Assembly: GCA_015486055.1 (NCBI GenBank)
Contig: WFSJ01000034.1
Span: 18,212 to 82,211, forward strand
Source of the DNA: Acidobacteriota bacterium
GTDB lineage: Bacteria > Acidobacteriota > Aminicenantia > S016-38
Direction: 5' to 3'
DNA: 64,000 nt
Part shown: positions 38,358-47,363 of the stretch, piece after piece
How positions within the stretch are numbered: position 1 is the stretch's first letter
Layout: every line of letters begins with the position of its first letter
Program-made: the position numbers and the translations under genes
Notes under the pieces: generated by a model
Seen by the model: only the letters and a program-made list of their open reading frames with translations
Told to the model about the DNA's origin: nothing
The model's database searches: none

Positions 38358-38963
38358 TCAGATCCTTTTTACAAGAGCCACAAATCCTTCGGCCCTATTT
38401 CCGTGCATTGTTGTGAAGGGCTGCCTCTTGAAAATTTTTATCTCAAAACCTGAAAGAAGATAATGGATCTCTTCTTCTGTGGTGTGTCTGAAAATTCCAC
38501 CCGAATCTGAACGAAAAATCCCATATTTCCCGAATTCCTTCATTCCCCTCCTGTATTTTTCCTTATAGTACTTATTCACTGCGAAGGCTGCAATGTAAAG
38601 TTTTCCTCCTTTTTTAAGAACTCTTCTTGCCTCTTCAAAGGTCTCTTTCCTTTTCTTGTCATCAAGGATACTGGATAAAACCCCGACAAGGGATACAAAT
38701 GAAAATGTCTCGGATTTAAAAGGCAATTTCTCTGCTCTTCCAAGGGCAATCTTTGCAAGGCTCAAAGTCCTCAAAGGAGGAAATACAAAATCCACTCCAT
38801 AGAGATTAAAATATCCAAGGTTCTTCAGATGTTCAATCAACCTCCCGTGTCCACATCCAACATCCAGCAGCGGTTCATCGTAGGATATCTCTTTCAGATG
38901 CTCAAAAGAGGGAAGAGGGGCAGAATATTCTCTCCCCTCCTCCCATATTTTCTTATTGTCCAT
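38358..38963 (-). CDS. class I SAM-dependent methyltransferase
   Basis: It has SAM motif I LDVGCGHGRL and a post-I acidic residue. The 201-aa length fits a small-molecule methyltransferase. Confidence 0.7.
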   Translation of the reverse strand: MDNKKIWEEGREYSAPLPSFEHLKEISYDEPLLDVGCGHGRLIEHLKNLGYFNLYGVDFVFPPLRTLSLAKIALGRAEKLPFKSETFSFVSLVGVLSSILDDKKRKETFEEARRVLKKGGKLYIAAFAVNKYYKEKYRRGMKEFGKYGIFRSDSGGIFRHTTEEEIHYLLSGFEIKIFKRQPFTTMHGNRAEGFVALVKRI

Positions 38964-38966
38964 GCG

Positions 38967-41129
38967 TTATTTCACTATTTTCATCTCATTCATCAGTCTC
39001 TCAGCGCCTGAGAATTTATCCGTTATAAACAGAACATATCTGCTGTCCACAGAAATTGACCTTGTAATTGGAGGATAGAAGAAATAGTCAGAGGCAACAC
39101 TTTCTATATTTCCATCAAAGAGAAGACCGACAAGCTCTCCCCTACCATTCAAAACAGGGGAGCCTGAGTTTCCCCCTGTTGTATCATGGGTTGTGAGGAA
39201 ATCGACCGGTATATCTTTCAGGTCAGGATCAAAATATATGCCGAAATCCCTATTATGATAGAGTTCCTTGAGTTTATCTGGGACTATGAACGGATTTTTA
39301 CCTGTTTCCTTTTCCATAACACCCTTAAGGGTTGTCTGAGGAAGATAGAACACTGCGTCTCTCGGAGAATATCCTTTAACAGTTCCATAAGTTAATCTGA
39401 GGCTTGAATTGGCATCCGGATACATAAATTCTCTACCAAAAACATCCCTATAAAGAGCATAGTATTTCGGGGAAACATCCATTGCCATCCCGGAGAGCCT
39501 TTTCTCCTGCTTCTCAAGCTCATCAAGCTCAGGGATTATTGCATCTGCAAGCTCAATAAATGGGTCATGGGCCAAAAGGACCTTCTTTCTCGGGGAATTA
39601 AATAAAGTTATCCTCTTATTCTTGTCAGTAAGCACTGTCTCCTTATAGAGTCTATCAAGAAATGCATCTATGTTCTTCTCGGAAAAATCCCTGTTGAGAA
39701 ATTTCTCAAGACCCTTCAGCCTATATTCCTCAGGAAGAGAGCCCTGTTCTTTTATGAAATATTTAAGAACTTGCCTGTCTGTCCAAGGTTCAAAGGATAT
39801 ATCAACAAGCTTAAGCCTGAGAAGAAGATTCTCTCTATCCCTGTCCATGTATCCTTCTTTTCTCTCTATATCTTTTTTTGCCCTTTCCCTCGTCCAGTAA
39901 TCAATAATTATTGCTGTAGAGAGAAGCCTTGACCCGTAGGCAAACCATCCTGAGTAAAGGGATTTCCTCATGAGTTTTCTCCATTCCTTAAAGAGCTTCC
40001 TATAATTAGAGAAAACATCGCCGTATTTAGCCCTGAGCTCTGGTTTTCTCCTAAGAGCTTCTATCATCTTTTCCTCCCTTTCCTCCTTCCTCTTGACGAT
40101 ATTTAGATTCTTGAACCCATCAAGCTGTCCCTTCCAGTTCTTTATGGCATTATTCAACCCTTTCAATATTCCTGCATTCTTGAACCTTGCCATTTTGTTT
40201 CTCTTTGAGCCTTCCTCAAGAATATTTATCCAGCCCTGAAGAAATTTGATCCTATCCGGATAAAAATTCTCCTCCATGAATTTTGCGTAAAAGCTTGGCA
40301 TATATCTCCGGGTTGAGCCTGGATAACCAAGGATGAACATAAAATCTCCCGGGTTTATGTCTCGCGCAGAAACCTTCAGATATCTCATTGGCTTATAAGG
40401 AATATTCTTCGGGGAATACTCAGCAGGTTTTCCATCAGGGCCAACATAAGCTCTCAGAAAGGAAAAATCCCCCGTGTGCCTCGGCCACATCCAGTTGTCT
40501 ATATCTCCTCCGTAGTTTCCTATTGCCCTTGGAGGAACATAAACTATCCTTATATCTTTGAGCTCAAGATATGTAAAGAGATAATATTTTTCACCACCAT
40601 AAAACTTTTTAACCTCGCATCTGTAACCTGATTTTTCTGCTTTTTTTATTATTTTCTTAGTGTTTCTCTCAACCCTCTTGTATTTCTTTAATGGATCCAT
40701 TCCCCTTTTTATACCCTTAAGGGCTTTTTTAGTAACATCTTCCACTTTCAAAAGGACAAACGCTTTGTATCCAGGTGCAGGGATTTCTTCCTTTATATTC
40801 CTTGCAAGAAATCCTCTCCTTATAAGATCAGTACCCTTCAGGGCACTCTGTCTCTGGATGGCGCCGAAGGCAACATGATGGTTTGTAACTATGAGCCCAT
40901 TGGAAGATACGAAGGAACCTGTGCCGCCCATTAGGTTCACAACTGCCTGTGAAAGGGAAGGTCCTCCCTGCCTCCAGATATCCTCTCTTGTGAGCTGAAA
41001 TCCCATCCTGTGCATTTTCTCCATTAGGCTTTTGCTTAGATTGTTAGGCAAATACATTCCCTCATCCGCAACGACAAACCCTCCAAAAACCAGGAAGAAA
41101 AGCAGCAAAAAAGCAATTCTTTTTTTCAT
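38967..41129 (-). CDS. S46-family dipeptidyl-peptidase (DPP7/DPP11-like serine peptidase)
   Basis: After the signal peptide the mature N-terminus is DEGMYLP. GSFVSSNGLIVTNHHV contains the catalytic His. The 720-aa length is typical of peptidase S46. Confidence 0.8.
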   Translation of the reverse strand: MKKRIAFLLLFFLVFGGFVVADEGMYLPNNLSKSLMEKMHRMGFQLTREDIWRQGGPSLSQAVVNLMGGTGSFVSSNGLIVTNHHVAFGAIQRQSALKGTDLIRRGFLARNIKEEIPAPGYKAFVLLKVEDVTKKALKGIKRGMDPLKKYKRVERNTKKIIKKAEKSGYRCEVKKFYGGEKYYLFTYLELKDIRIVYVPPRAIGNYGGDIDNWMWPRHTGDFSFLRAYVGPDGKPAEYSPKNIPYKPMRYLKVSARDINPGDFMFILGYPGSTRRYMPSFYAKFMEENFYPDRIKFLQGWINILEEGSKRNKMARFKNAGILKGLNNAIKNWKGQLDGFKNLNIVKRKEEREEKMIEALRRKPELRAKYGDVFSNYRKLFKEWRKLMRKSLYSGWFAYGSRLLSTAIIIDYWTRERAKKDIERKEGYMDRDRENLLLRLKLVDISFEPWTDRQVLKYFIKEQGSLPEEYRLKGLEKFLNRDFSEKNIDAFLDRLYKETVLTDKNKRITLFNSPRKKVLLAHDPFIELADAIIPELDELEKQEKRLSGMAMDVSPKYYALYRDVFGREFMYPDANSSLRLTYGTVKGYSPRDAVFYLPQTTLKGVMEKETGKNPFIVPDKLKELYHNRDFGIYFDPDLKDIPVDFLTTHDTTGGNSGSPVLNGRGELVGLLFDGNIESVASDYFFYPPITRSISVDSRYVLFITDKFSGAERLMNEMKIVK

Positions 41130-41202
41130 AACATCCTCCTTTATTGCTTTATTGATCTATTATAATTCTACGAATTCGGGAAGGAAAGGTTAAAATATTT
41201 AT

Positions 41203-41922
41203 GTGGAAAGAATCCAGAAAATAATATCAGAAGCTGGAATATGCTCAAGGAGAAGAGCAGAAGAATTCATTAAAGAGGGAAAAGTCCTTGTAAATGGAAG
41301 GACTGCAAATATTGGGGATAAGGCAAATCCAGAGAAAGATGAAATAAAGGTTGACGGAGAGCTTATAAAACTCCAAAGAAAAGTTTACATAATGTTGAAT
41401 AAACCAGAAGGCTATGTAAGCACAACAAAATCTCAGTTTGGGCAAAAAACAGTGATGGAAATATTAAAGGGACTTAAAGAAAGGGTATATCCTGTTGGAA
41501 GACTCGATGTTGATACAGAAGGCCTTCTTCTCCTTACGAACGATGGGAAATTTGCAAATAATATCATGCACCCCAAGTACAAGGTAAAAAAAACATATTT
41601 TGTTGTCCTTGACAGAGAACTCTCAAGGGAAAATTACAAACAGTTGAAAAATGGGGTGGAAATTGATGGGAAAGTTATAATGGCTGATTCAATAGAAAGA
41701 ATGGGTAAAAGAAGATATAGACTGGTAATTCACGAAGGAATGAAAAGAGTCGTTAAAAGGCTTTTTTCACAGATGGGCTTCAGAGTGAGATACCTGCTAA
41801 GGGAAAAAATAGGAGGGCTTTCCTTGGGAAAACTTCCTAAGGGAAAATGGAGAAAACTTCCCAAGAAAGAAACAGAGTTAATCTTTTCCGATGATCTCCT
41901 TAGCTCTTCTGAGAAGTCTTGA
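41203..41922 (+). CDS. RsuA/RluB-family pseudouridine synthase
   Basis: It has an S4 domain (RIQKIISEAGICSRRRAEEFI) and the catalytic VGRLDVDTEGLLLLTNDG motif. Confidence 0.8.
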   Translation: MERIQKIISEAGICSRRRAEEFIKEGKVLVNGRTANIGDKANPEKDEIKVDGELIKLQRKVYIMLNKPEGYVSTTKSQFGQKTVMEILKGLKERVYPVGRLDVDTEGLLLLTNDGKFANNIMHPKYKVKKTYFVVLDRELSRENYKQLKNGVEIDGKVIMADSIERMGKRRYRLVIHEGMKRVVKRLFSQMGFRVRYLLREKIGGLSLGKLPKGKWRKLPKKETELIFSDDLLSSSEKS

Positions 41923-42693
41923 GTAGAGTATCAGGTCCGAGCAGTTCTCAACATGTTTCTTTATAACTTCATCATCTCCCCTTTTCCATGGGCCTGTTAC
42001 CGCATCTCTTAGTGAAAATTCCTCTGCGCCCTTCAAGGCAGCCTCCGCAAGCTTAATATAAGCTTCCTTAGGAATTCCAATTTCCTCTGCAATTTCTAAT
42101 GGAAAGGAAAGAAGAGAAAGGAGAAGGCCAGAGGAAAGGGAAGCGCCAAGATGGTATTTTCCCCTGTTGGATGGGGAGAAGAAAGGATGAAGTCCAATTC
42201 TCTCTGCAAGCTTAAAAAGCCATTCTTCACCATCTATTGAAACATAAGTTCCTTTTATATTCTCAACAGAAAACTCAAAGTCAAAAAAAGGGAAAAGGGG
42301 GTGAAAAACTGACACGGAAGCACCCCTCTTAAAAAGAGAATTTAAAGCTTCTCTTCCAAGGCTTCCGCTGCATTGGATAAAGCTCATCCTTCTAAAAGGA
42401 AGGGAAAGTGCTGAAATTTCCTCCGAAACTCTTTCTATCCTTGAGTCCTGAACGCATAAAAAAACAGCTTCTGCTTCATTGAGTCTTTCAGGAGATAAAA
42501 GTTTTCCACCGCCAATTTTTTTTAGAGCCTCCTCTGCCTTTTCCTCTTTTTCAGAATACCCCCCAAGAAACTGACACTCCGATTCCACAAAGAGTTTCCC
42601 CAATACAGAGCCAACTCTTCCAAGGCCCACTACTGCTATTTTTTCCCGAATATCTTCAGCCAAGCTTCTATCTCCTGGGGGGTTGGGTTCCAA
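41878..42693 (-). CDS. Rossmann-fold NAD(P)-binding protein (DUF2520/ProC-like)
   Basis: It has an N-terminal IAVVGLGRVG dinucleotide-binding motif. A TTG start at about 42663 is possible. It is convergent with and overlaps the pseudouridine synthase gene by 45 nt. Confidence 0.45.
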   Translation of the reverse strand: MEPNPPGDRSLAEDIREKIAVVGLGRVGSVLGKLFVESECQFLGGYSEKEEKAEEALKKIGGGKLLSPERLNEAEAVFLCVQDSRIERVSEEISALSLPFRRMSFIQCSGSLGREALNSLFKRGASVSVFHPLFPFFDFEFSVENIKGTYVSIDGEEWLFKLAERIGLHPFFSPSNRGKYHLGASLSSGLLLSLLSFPLEIAEEIGIPKEAYIKLAEAALKGAEEFSLRDAVTGPWKRGDDEVIKKHVENCSDLILYSRLLRRAKEIIGKD

Positions 42694-43082
42694 ATAGGTT
42701 TTCCTCTATCTTCTTCTCTTACAGAGGAAATCACTCTGAGAAATTCTCTGGACCTCATCCATTTCAGTCTCCTTCTTCGGGCCTCCTCAATGAGCTCCCT
42801 GTCAGAGCTGACAAGAATCATTCCAGGACTAATTAATCTTTTTATAACTTCATCTGCACTTTCGCCGAAATTTGGGAAAAGCACAAGGAAGCTTTTAGGA
42901 TAAAGCTCAAACCTCGAAGGATAAGGGTCAGGAGCACCATCAAAAACCAGAACAATCCGCTTTTTCGTAATTTTGTGAAATTTAGCCAGTTTTCTGATTA
43001 TAATTTCCCTGCTCTTCTGAGAACCGACCTCAAGAGAAGAGAAAACTCCTATAAGGTTATTGCCGTCTATAAGATAAGGCAT
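42636..43082 (-). CDS. NYN/YacP-like PIN-fold nuclease domain protein
   Basis: 148 aa. MPYLIDGNNLIG...VVFDG matches the YacP/NYN family. Confidence 0.6.
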   Translation of the reverse strand: MPYLIDGNNLIGVFSSLEVGSQKSREIIIRKLAKFHKITKKRIVLVFDGAPDPYPSRFELYPKSFLVLFPNFGESADEVIKRLISPGMILVSSDRELIEEARRRRLKWMRSREFLRVISSVREEDRGKPIWNPTPQEIEAWLKIFGKK

Positions 43083-43741
43083 TAAAGCTCGTAGCTCTCC
43101 CCTGGCTTGAGGATAATCACATCTGCTCTCTTCCCCACAAGGCGTTTAAATTCATCCGGATCTGCTTCAATTGGCGGCCAGGTATTGTAATGAATTGGAA
43201 TTACTCTCTTTGTCTTTATATATTCAACTGCCTTTGCCGCCTGGACAATATCCATTGTGTATCGGCTACCTATTGGAAGAAAACTGAGGTCAGGAGTGTA
43301 AAGCTCTCCGATTATCTCCATATCTCTTGTAAGACCGGTATCGCCCGCATGATAAATTCTTTTCCCGTCAAGGGTTATAATATAACCAGCAGGATGGCCG
43401 CTATAGCTTGAATGAACTGCAAGAACCATCGTGAATTCTGCTCCCCTTACATTAATCGTTCCCCCGATATTCATCCCTTCGGCCGTGAGCCCTTGTTCAG
43501 CAGCCTTTACAGCTATTTCGTGCATAGCAACCACTGTTGCATTGTCCCTTTTCGCCAAGGGGAAAGCATCGGAGAAATGATCTTCATGGTCATGGGTAAT
43601 TGCCACTACATCAACCTTCGGAATTTCCTCAAGCCTCAAAGCTGCCGCTGGATTTTGCTGAATGAAAGGGTCTATCGCTATATTTACCGAACCTTTTATT
43701 AACACTGAAGAATGCCCAATCCATGTTATTTTCATTTTCAC
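43082..43741 (-). CDS. UPF0173-type MBL-fold metal-dependent hydrolase
   Basis: ITWIGHSSVLI...DVVAITHDHEDH is the signature of UPF0173 metal-dependent hydrolases. Confidence 0.7.
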   Translation of the reverse strand: MKMKITWIGHSSVLIKGSVNIAIDPFIQQNPAAALRLEEIPKVDVVAITHDHEDHFSDAFPLAKRDNATVVAMHEIAVKAAEQGLTAEGMNIGGTINVRGAEFTMVLAVHSSYSGHPAGYIITLDGKRIYHAGDTGLTRDMEIIGELYTPDLSFLPIGSRYTMDIVQAAKAVEYIKTKRVIPIHYNTWPPIEADPDEFKRLVGKRADVIILKPGESYEL

Positions 43742-43789
43742 CTCCTGAAAAATTTTATCATCTTGGAGCTTTTGAGGTAAAATTTTAAT

Positions 43790-44443
43790 ATGGATTTTAA
43801 GGAAGCAGAAGAGAAATATGCAAAGTTAAAAAAGGAGTATGAAGAAGGGCTCATAACCACAGATTACTTTAAGACAGAGGTCAGGAATCTCATTACTAAA
43901 GACAGAAACGGGGAGATATGGAGCATTGGAATGAAAACAGGAAAATGGTATAAAAAAGTGGAGGATAGATGGGAAAGAGCAGAACCTCCCTTCAAAACTC
44001 AAAGAATAGAGCTTGGGGACCTTATCCCAAAGGATGAAGAGGACAAAACAATCTGCCCAAAATGCGGGAAGGAGGTTCCCTCCTTCTATGTATTTTGCCC
44101 TTATTGCGGGGCAAGGCTGCGGGAAGGAGAGGAAAGGGAAATGGCAGAGAGGGATTACATATTAAAGAAGATTTCACCTTTTTCTCTGGCTCTATTTCTT
44201 GGCGGACTTGGGATAATAATTGGCGTCATAGTGGGAGCCTTTGCAGAAGCTATAGCTCCCAAACTTCTAATTAACCTTGGCCTTGATTTCCCGTCCATTG
44301 GCACCCTTTGGAAATCATTCATATATTCAATTGGAACAGGTTTCTTCTCATTCTTTCTCTTCTTTTTGATAGGAGTTATATCGGCTCTAATATTCAATTT
44401 GGTTCTTTCTGTCTTCGGAGGAGTAAAGTTTTATCTCACTTGA
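43790..44443 (+). CDS. zinc-ribbon membrane protein (hypothetical)
   Basis: It has a CPKCG...CPYCG zinc ribbon followed by two or three TM helices. Family unknown. Confidence 0.45.
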   Translation: MDFKEAEEKYAKLKKEYEEGLITTDYFKTEVRNLITKDRNGEIWSIGMKTGKWYKKVEDRWERAEPPFKTQRIELGDLIPKDEEDKTICPKCGKEVPSFYVFCPYCGARLREGEEREMAERDYILKKISPFSLALFLGGLGIIIGVIVGAFAEAIAPKLLINLGLDFPSIGTLWKSFIYSIGTGFFSFFLFFLIGVISALIFNLVLSVFGGVKFYLT

Positions 44444-44479
44444 CAATAGAAAAGGCTCTAAGTAAAATCTTTAAAATGA

Positions 44480-44551
44480 GCGGGAGTGGCTCAGTGGTAG
44501 AGCATGACCTTGCCAAGGTCGGGGTCGCGGGTTCAAGTCCCGTCTCCCGCT
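44480..44551 (+). tRNA. tRNA-Gly (anticodon GCC)
   Basis: GCGGGAGTGGCTCAGTGGTAGAGCATGACCTTGCCAAGGTCGGGGTCGCGGGTTCAAGTCCCGTCTCCCGCT folds as a cloverleaf with a 7-bp acceptor stem, a GTTCAAG T-loop and a CTTGCCAA anticodon loop. No encoded CCA. Confidence 0.9.
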
Positions 44552-44559
44552 CTTTTCTT

Positions 44560-44631
44560 GGCGGCGTAGCCAAGTGGTAAGGCAGCGGTCTGCAAAACCG
44601 TTATTCGCCGGTTCGAATCCGGCCGCCGCCT
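44560..44631 (+). tRNA. tRNA-Cys (anticodon GCA)
   Basis: GGCGGCGTAGCCAAGTGGTAAGGCAGCGGTCTGCAAAACCG...GGTTCGAATCCGGCCGCCGCCT has a 7-bp GC-rich acceptor stem, a TCTGCAAA anticodon loop and a T-loop GTTCGAATC. Confidence 0.9.
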
Positions 44632-44651
44632 TTATAATAATTTCCCTGTGC

Positions 44652-45947
44652 TTGGTTTTTCTTTCCCTACCATCTTTGAAGATAGGTTTTTGGTCCGATG
44701 ACTATCAGTGGTTAAGGAGGGGAATTCTATCACTCAAGGAACCCGGAGAAATTTTAAGGTTAAATGGGAGAGATTTTAACCCTGTAACCCTCTTTACTTA
44801 TACTGCAACTCTCTCTTTATTTGGAAAAAGGTCACTTCCCTTTCACATTGAGAATATAATTCTCCACATCTCTAATGCAGTATTGCTTTTTTATCTTTTG
44901 CTGTGTTTCAAAGTTGAACGCAAAATTTCTCTATTATCCTCCCTATTCTGGGGAATAAATTACAGGTTGAGTGAGGTCCCATTGTGGATAACAGGAAGGA
45001 CATACGGACTGGCAATGTTTTTTGGCCTTCTCGGGCTCATTTCCATTGTGAAAAACAAAAGGTTCATAGCCTATCTGTTCTTCATCCTTTCCTTGCTTTC
45101 AAAGGAGGTGGGAATATTATTCCTTTTGATCTCGCTTTTTTACCTCCCTAAAAAAAAGGAAAAGACGGAGGCTGGTATTGTATTTCTTATTCTTTCAGCT
45201 GGAAGACTTTTAATCCAGGGGAAAACGACTTCCCCTTACCTCAGTTTCTTAAGCCTGAGCAGCATCCATAAAAAATTATCCTTTATATTCAACAATTCGC
45301 TTTCTTTACCTTCTACCGCTCTTCCTATGCTTGTTTCGTTGATACTTCTGGTTATGATTCTGATAATTCCAAAAGGAAAAAGGATACTTTCTATCTCAGC
45401 AATAATTTTCCTCCTCCCATTCGTTTTCCTTCCAAAGCTAAGTTCAAGATATTATTACATACCATCCGCATTTATAATCTCCCTTGCTTTCCTTTCTATG
45501 GAAAAGAGTAAAATTCTTCCATATGTATTTTTCATTCCGTTTTCAATATTCTCGCTGCTCATGTATCAGGGAGAGATAAAAGATTACAGGGAACTTTCCC
45601 TTCTGTGGAAGTCAAAAATTCAAGGATACTCAGGGTTTGCTCAGGCGCTTCCTCTCGAAGAACCGTACGGCTTCTGCAATTTTTCCTATGACAGGGAATA
45701 TTTATTCCTTCAAAAGAAAATACTCTCGACCCCGGGAAGGGTACCTAAACTTATGCCAATAAGGAAAAACGGCGTGGGAGGAATAATAAAGCTTGAGGAT
45801 CTTGTCCCCTTTCTTAATTATCCTGAAAGATTCATAAAGACAGAAAGAGTGAAAGGAATGCCCCACAGGATATTCGTCTTCAAAGAGGGTTTCTTCATTA
45901 TGAAAGGATATTTAAAATGCCCGATCTACATAAATCATCAACTATAA
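44652..45947 (+). CDS. polytopic membrane protein, putative GT-C-type glycosyltransferase (PMT/ArnT-like); start uncertain
   Basis: It has about 10 predicted TM helices and an FWSDDYQW acidic motif near the first helix. The long ORF opens inside tRNA-Cys and has no in-frame ATG until far downstream. The TTG at 44652 is taken as a provisional start. Confidence 0.4.
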   Translation: MVFLSLPSLKIGFWSDDYQWLRRGILSLKEPGEILRLNGRDFNPVTLFTYTATLSLFGKRSLPFHIENIILHISNAVLLFYLLLCFKVERKISLLSSLFWGINYRLSEVPLWITGRTYGLAMFFGLLGLISIVKNKRFIAYLFFILSLLSKEVGILFLLISLFYLPKKKEKTEAGIVFLILSAGRLLIQGKTTSPYLSFLSLSSIHKKLSFIFNNSLSLPSTALPMLVSLILLVMILIIPKGKRILSISAIIFLLPFVFLPKLSSRYYYIPSAFIISLAFLSMEKSKILPYVFFIPFSIFSLLMYQGEIKDYRELSLLWKSKIQGYSGFAQALPLEEPYGFCNFSYDREYLFLQKKILSTPGRVPKLMPIRKNGVGGIIKLEDLVPFLNYPERFIKTERVKGMPHRIFVFKEGFFIMKGYLKCPIYINHQL

Positions 45948-45995
45948 AATTTACCTTGAAAAGTTATACCTATTCATGCTATAATTCCAGTTCGT

Positions 45996-46069
45996 GGCCC
46001 GCTGGCTCAATTTGGTAGAGCAACGGACTCTTAATCCGTGGGTTACAGGTTCGAGTCCTGTGCGGGTCA
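45996..46069 (+). tRNA. tRNA-Lys (anticodon CTT)
   Basis: GGCCCGCTGGCTCAATTTGGTAGAGCAACGGACTCTTAATCCGTGGGTTACAGGTTCGAGTCCTGTGCGGGTCA has an acceptor GGCCCGC/GCGGGTC stem (with one G-U pair), anticodon loop CTCTTAA and T-loop GGTTCGAGTCC. Confidence 0.85.
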
Positions 46070-46075
46070 CTTTCC

Positions 46076-46540
46076 TCATATCTGTTTTCGAAATCTCTTC
46101 CATATCATAGCCAGACCCAAGCCCAGCAATCCCCCTAAAAGGTCAAGGAGGACATCTCTCAAGTCAAATACTCTTCCTGGCAGTATGTACTGAAACCCTT
46201 CATCTATAAAGGAAACAAGGAAGACAAGAAGCAATGGATGAATTTTAAGCTTTGTATCAGTCCTTCCGAGAAATCCGAGAACCATAAATTCCAAGATGTG
46301 AACTCTCTCCTCTACTACCCTCAGGGAAAGCATAAAATATCCTGCCAATAAGAAAATCGACAGAGATAAAAGAGTTGGCAGAATTTTTAGTCTTCCAAAA
46401 TAGACAAAATAGATTCCCATAACCAATATAGAACTAATGTAGAAAATCAACATAGGATTTGGCAGAAACCTTACAATTTTCCTTGCAAAAGGAGCATATC
46501 CAGGGATAAGAAGGGAATATAAAAGAAGCCACCAGCTCAA
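46076..46540 (-). CDS. VanZ-like family membrane protein
   Basis: It has four TM helices and the C-terminal FIDEGFQYILPGRVFDLRDVLLDLLGGLLG motif (the VanZ DExxQ...GR..D..D signature). Confidence 0.7.
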   Translation of the reverse strand: MSWWLLLYSLLIPGYAPFARKIVRFLPNPMLIFYISSILVMGIYFVYFGRLKILPTLLSLSIFLLAGYFMLSLRVVEERVHILEFMVLGFLGRTDTKLKIHPLLLVFLVSFIDEGFQYILPGRVFDLRDVLLDLLGGLLGLGLAMIWKRFRKQI

Positions 46541-46694
46541 TCAATAAGCTCCTCTCTTTGCAAATACGGCAAAGATAGCCTTGTTATCATATCAGGCGTT
46601 CTTCTTAGAACTACTCCATACAAATTGTTTCATCTCCCTTCCTTATTATACATTCACATCTTATTCCATGATAAAATTTCTCCTGAGGTGAAAA

Positions 46695-47363
46695 ATGAAA
46701 GTTGTGTCTTTAAAGCTTCTTGATGAAGGAAGGATAAAAAGAGCGGATTCTAATGGAATAGATTGTAATCCTGGAAATTACTATATTATAGAGTCGCCTT
46801 TCGGCGAAGAAATAGGAATGGCTATAAGGGAAAATGAAAAAGTGCAAGAGAGATGGAAAAAAGTTCCTCTTGAAAAGATTTTGAGGGAAGCTTCAGAGAA
46901 GGACATGAAATTTTTCAAGGATAAGATAAAAAGGGAAGAAGAGGCTTTTAAATTCTGCAGAGAAAAAATTGCGGACAGGGGAATGCCCATGAAGCTCATA
47001 AAGGTTAAGTTTTTCACCAGTGAAAAGAAGGTGATGTTTTTCTTCTCGGCAGAGGGAAGAATTGATTTTAGAGACCTTGTAAAGGACCTTGCAAAAAAGT
47101 ACAGGATGAGAATTGAAATGAGGCAGATCGGGATAAGGGACGAGGCCAAGATGATGGGAGGAGTAGGTATATGCGGTAGGTTTTTATGCTGCATGGGCAC
47201 TCTGAAAGAATTTAAACCCGTAAGTTCAAATCTTCTCAGGAGCCTTGATATAAAAGTAAATCCAAACAAAATCTCTGGCCTCTGTGGCAGGCTTATGTGC
47301 TGTCTATCTTATGAAATGGAGGTGCCAATAAACCTTTCTGATATAGTTGAAGAGGAAGAATGA
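46695..47363 (+). CDS. PSP1 C-terminal domain protein (RicT/YaaT-like regulator)
   Basis: It has paired Cys motifs (GICGRFLCC and GLCGRLMCCLSYE) diagnostic of the PSP1/YaaT family. Confidence 0.8.
   Translation: MKVVSLKLLDEGRIKRADSNGIDCNPGNYYIIESPFGEEIGMAIRENEKVQERWKKVPLEKILREASEKDMKFFKDKIKREEEAFKFCREKIADRGMPMKLIKVKFFTSEKKVMFFFSAEGRIDFRDLVKDLAKKYRMRIEMRQIGIRDEAKMMGGVGICGRFLCCMGTLKEFKPVSSNLLRSLDIKVNPNKISGLCGRLMCCLSYEMEVPINLSDIVEEEE

Noticed and set aside
44308-44651. ORF-track ORFs 44308..44580 and the first ~25 codons of 44574..45947.
   Set aside because: They run through tRNA-Gly and tRNA-Cys. They were treated as read-through artefacts of the ORF caller rather than coding sequence.
44470-46080. 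Integrated mobile element or prophage remnant at the tRNA cluster.
   Set aside because: No integrase, transposase or phage genes and no duplicated tRNA 3' segment were seen. Only a start-less membrane gene and a VanZ-like gene are present.
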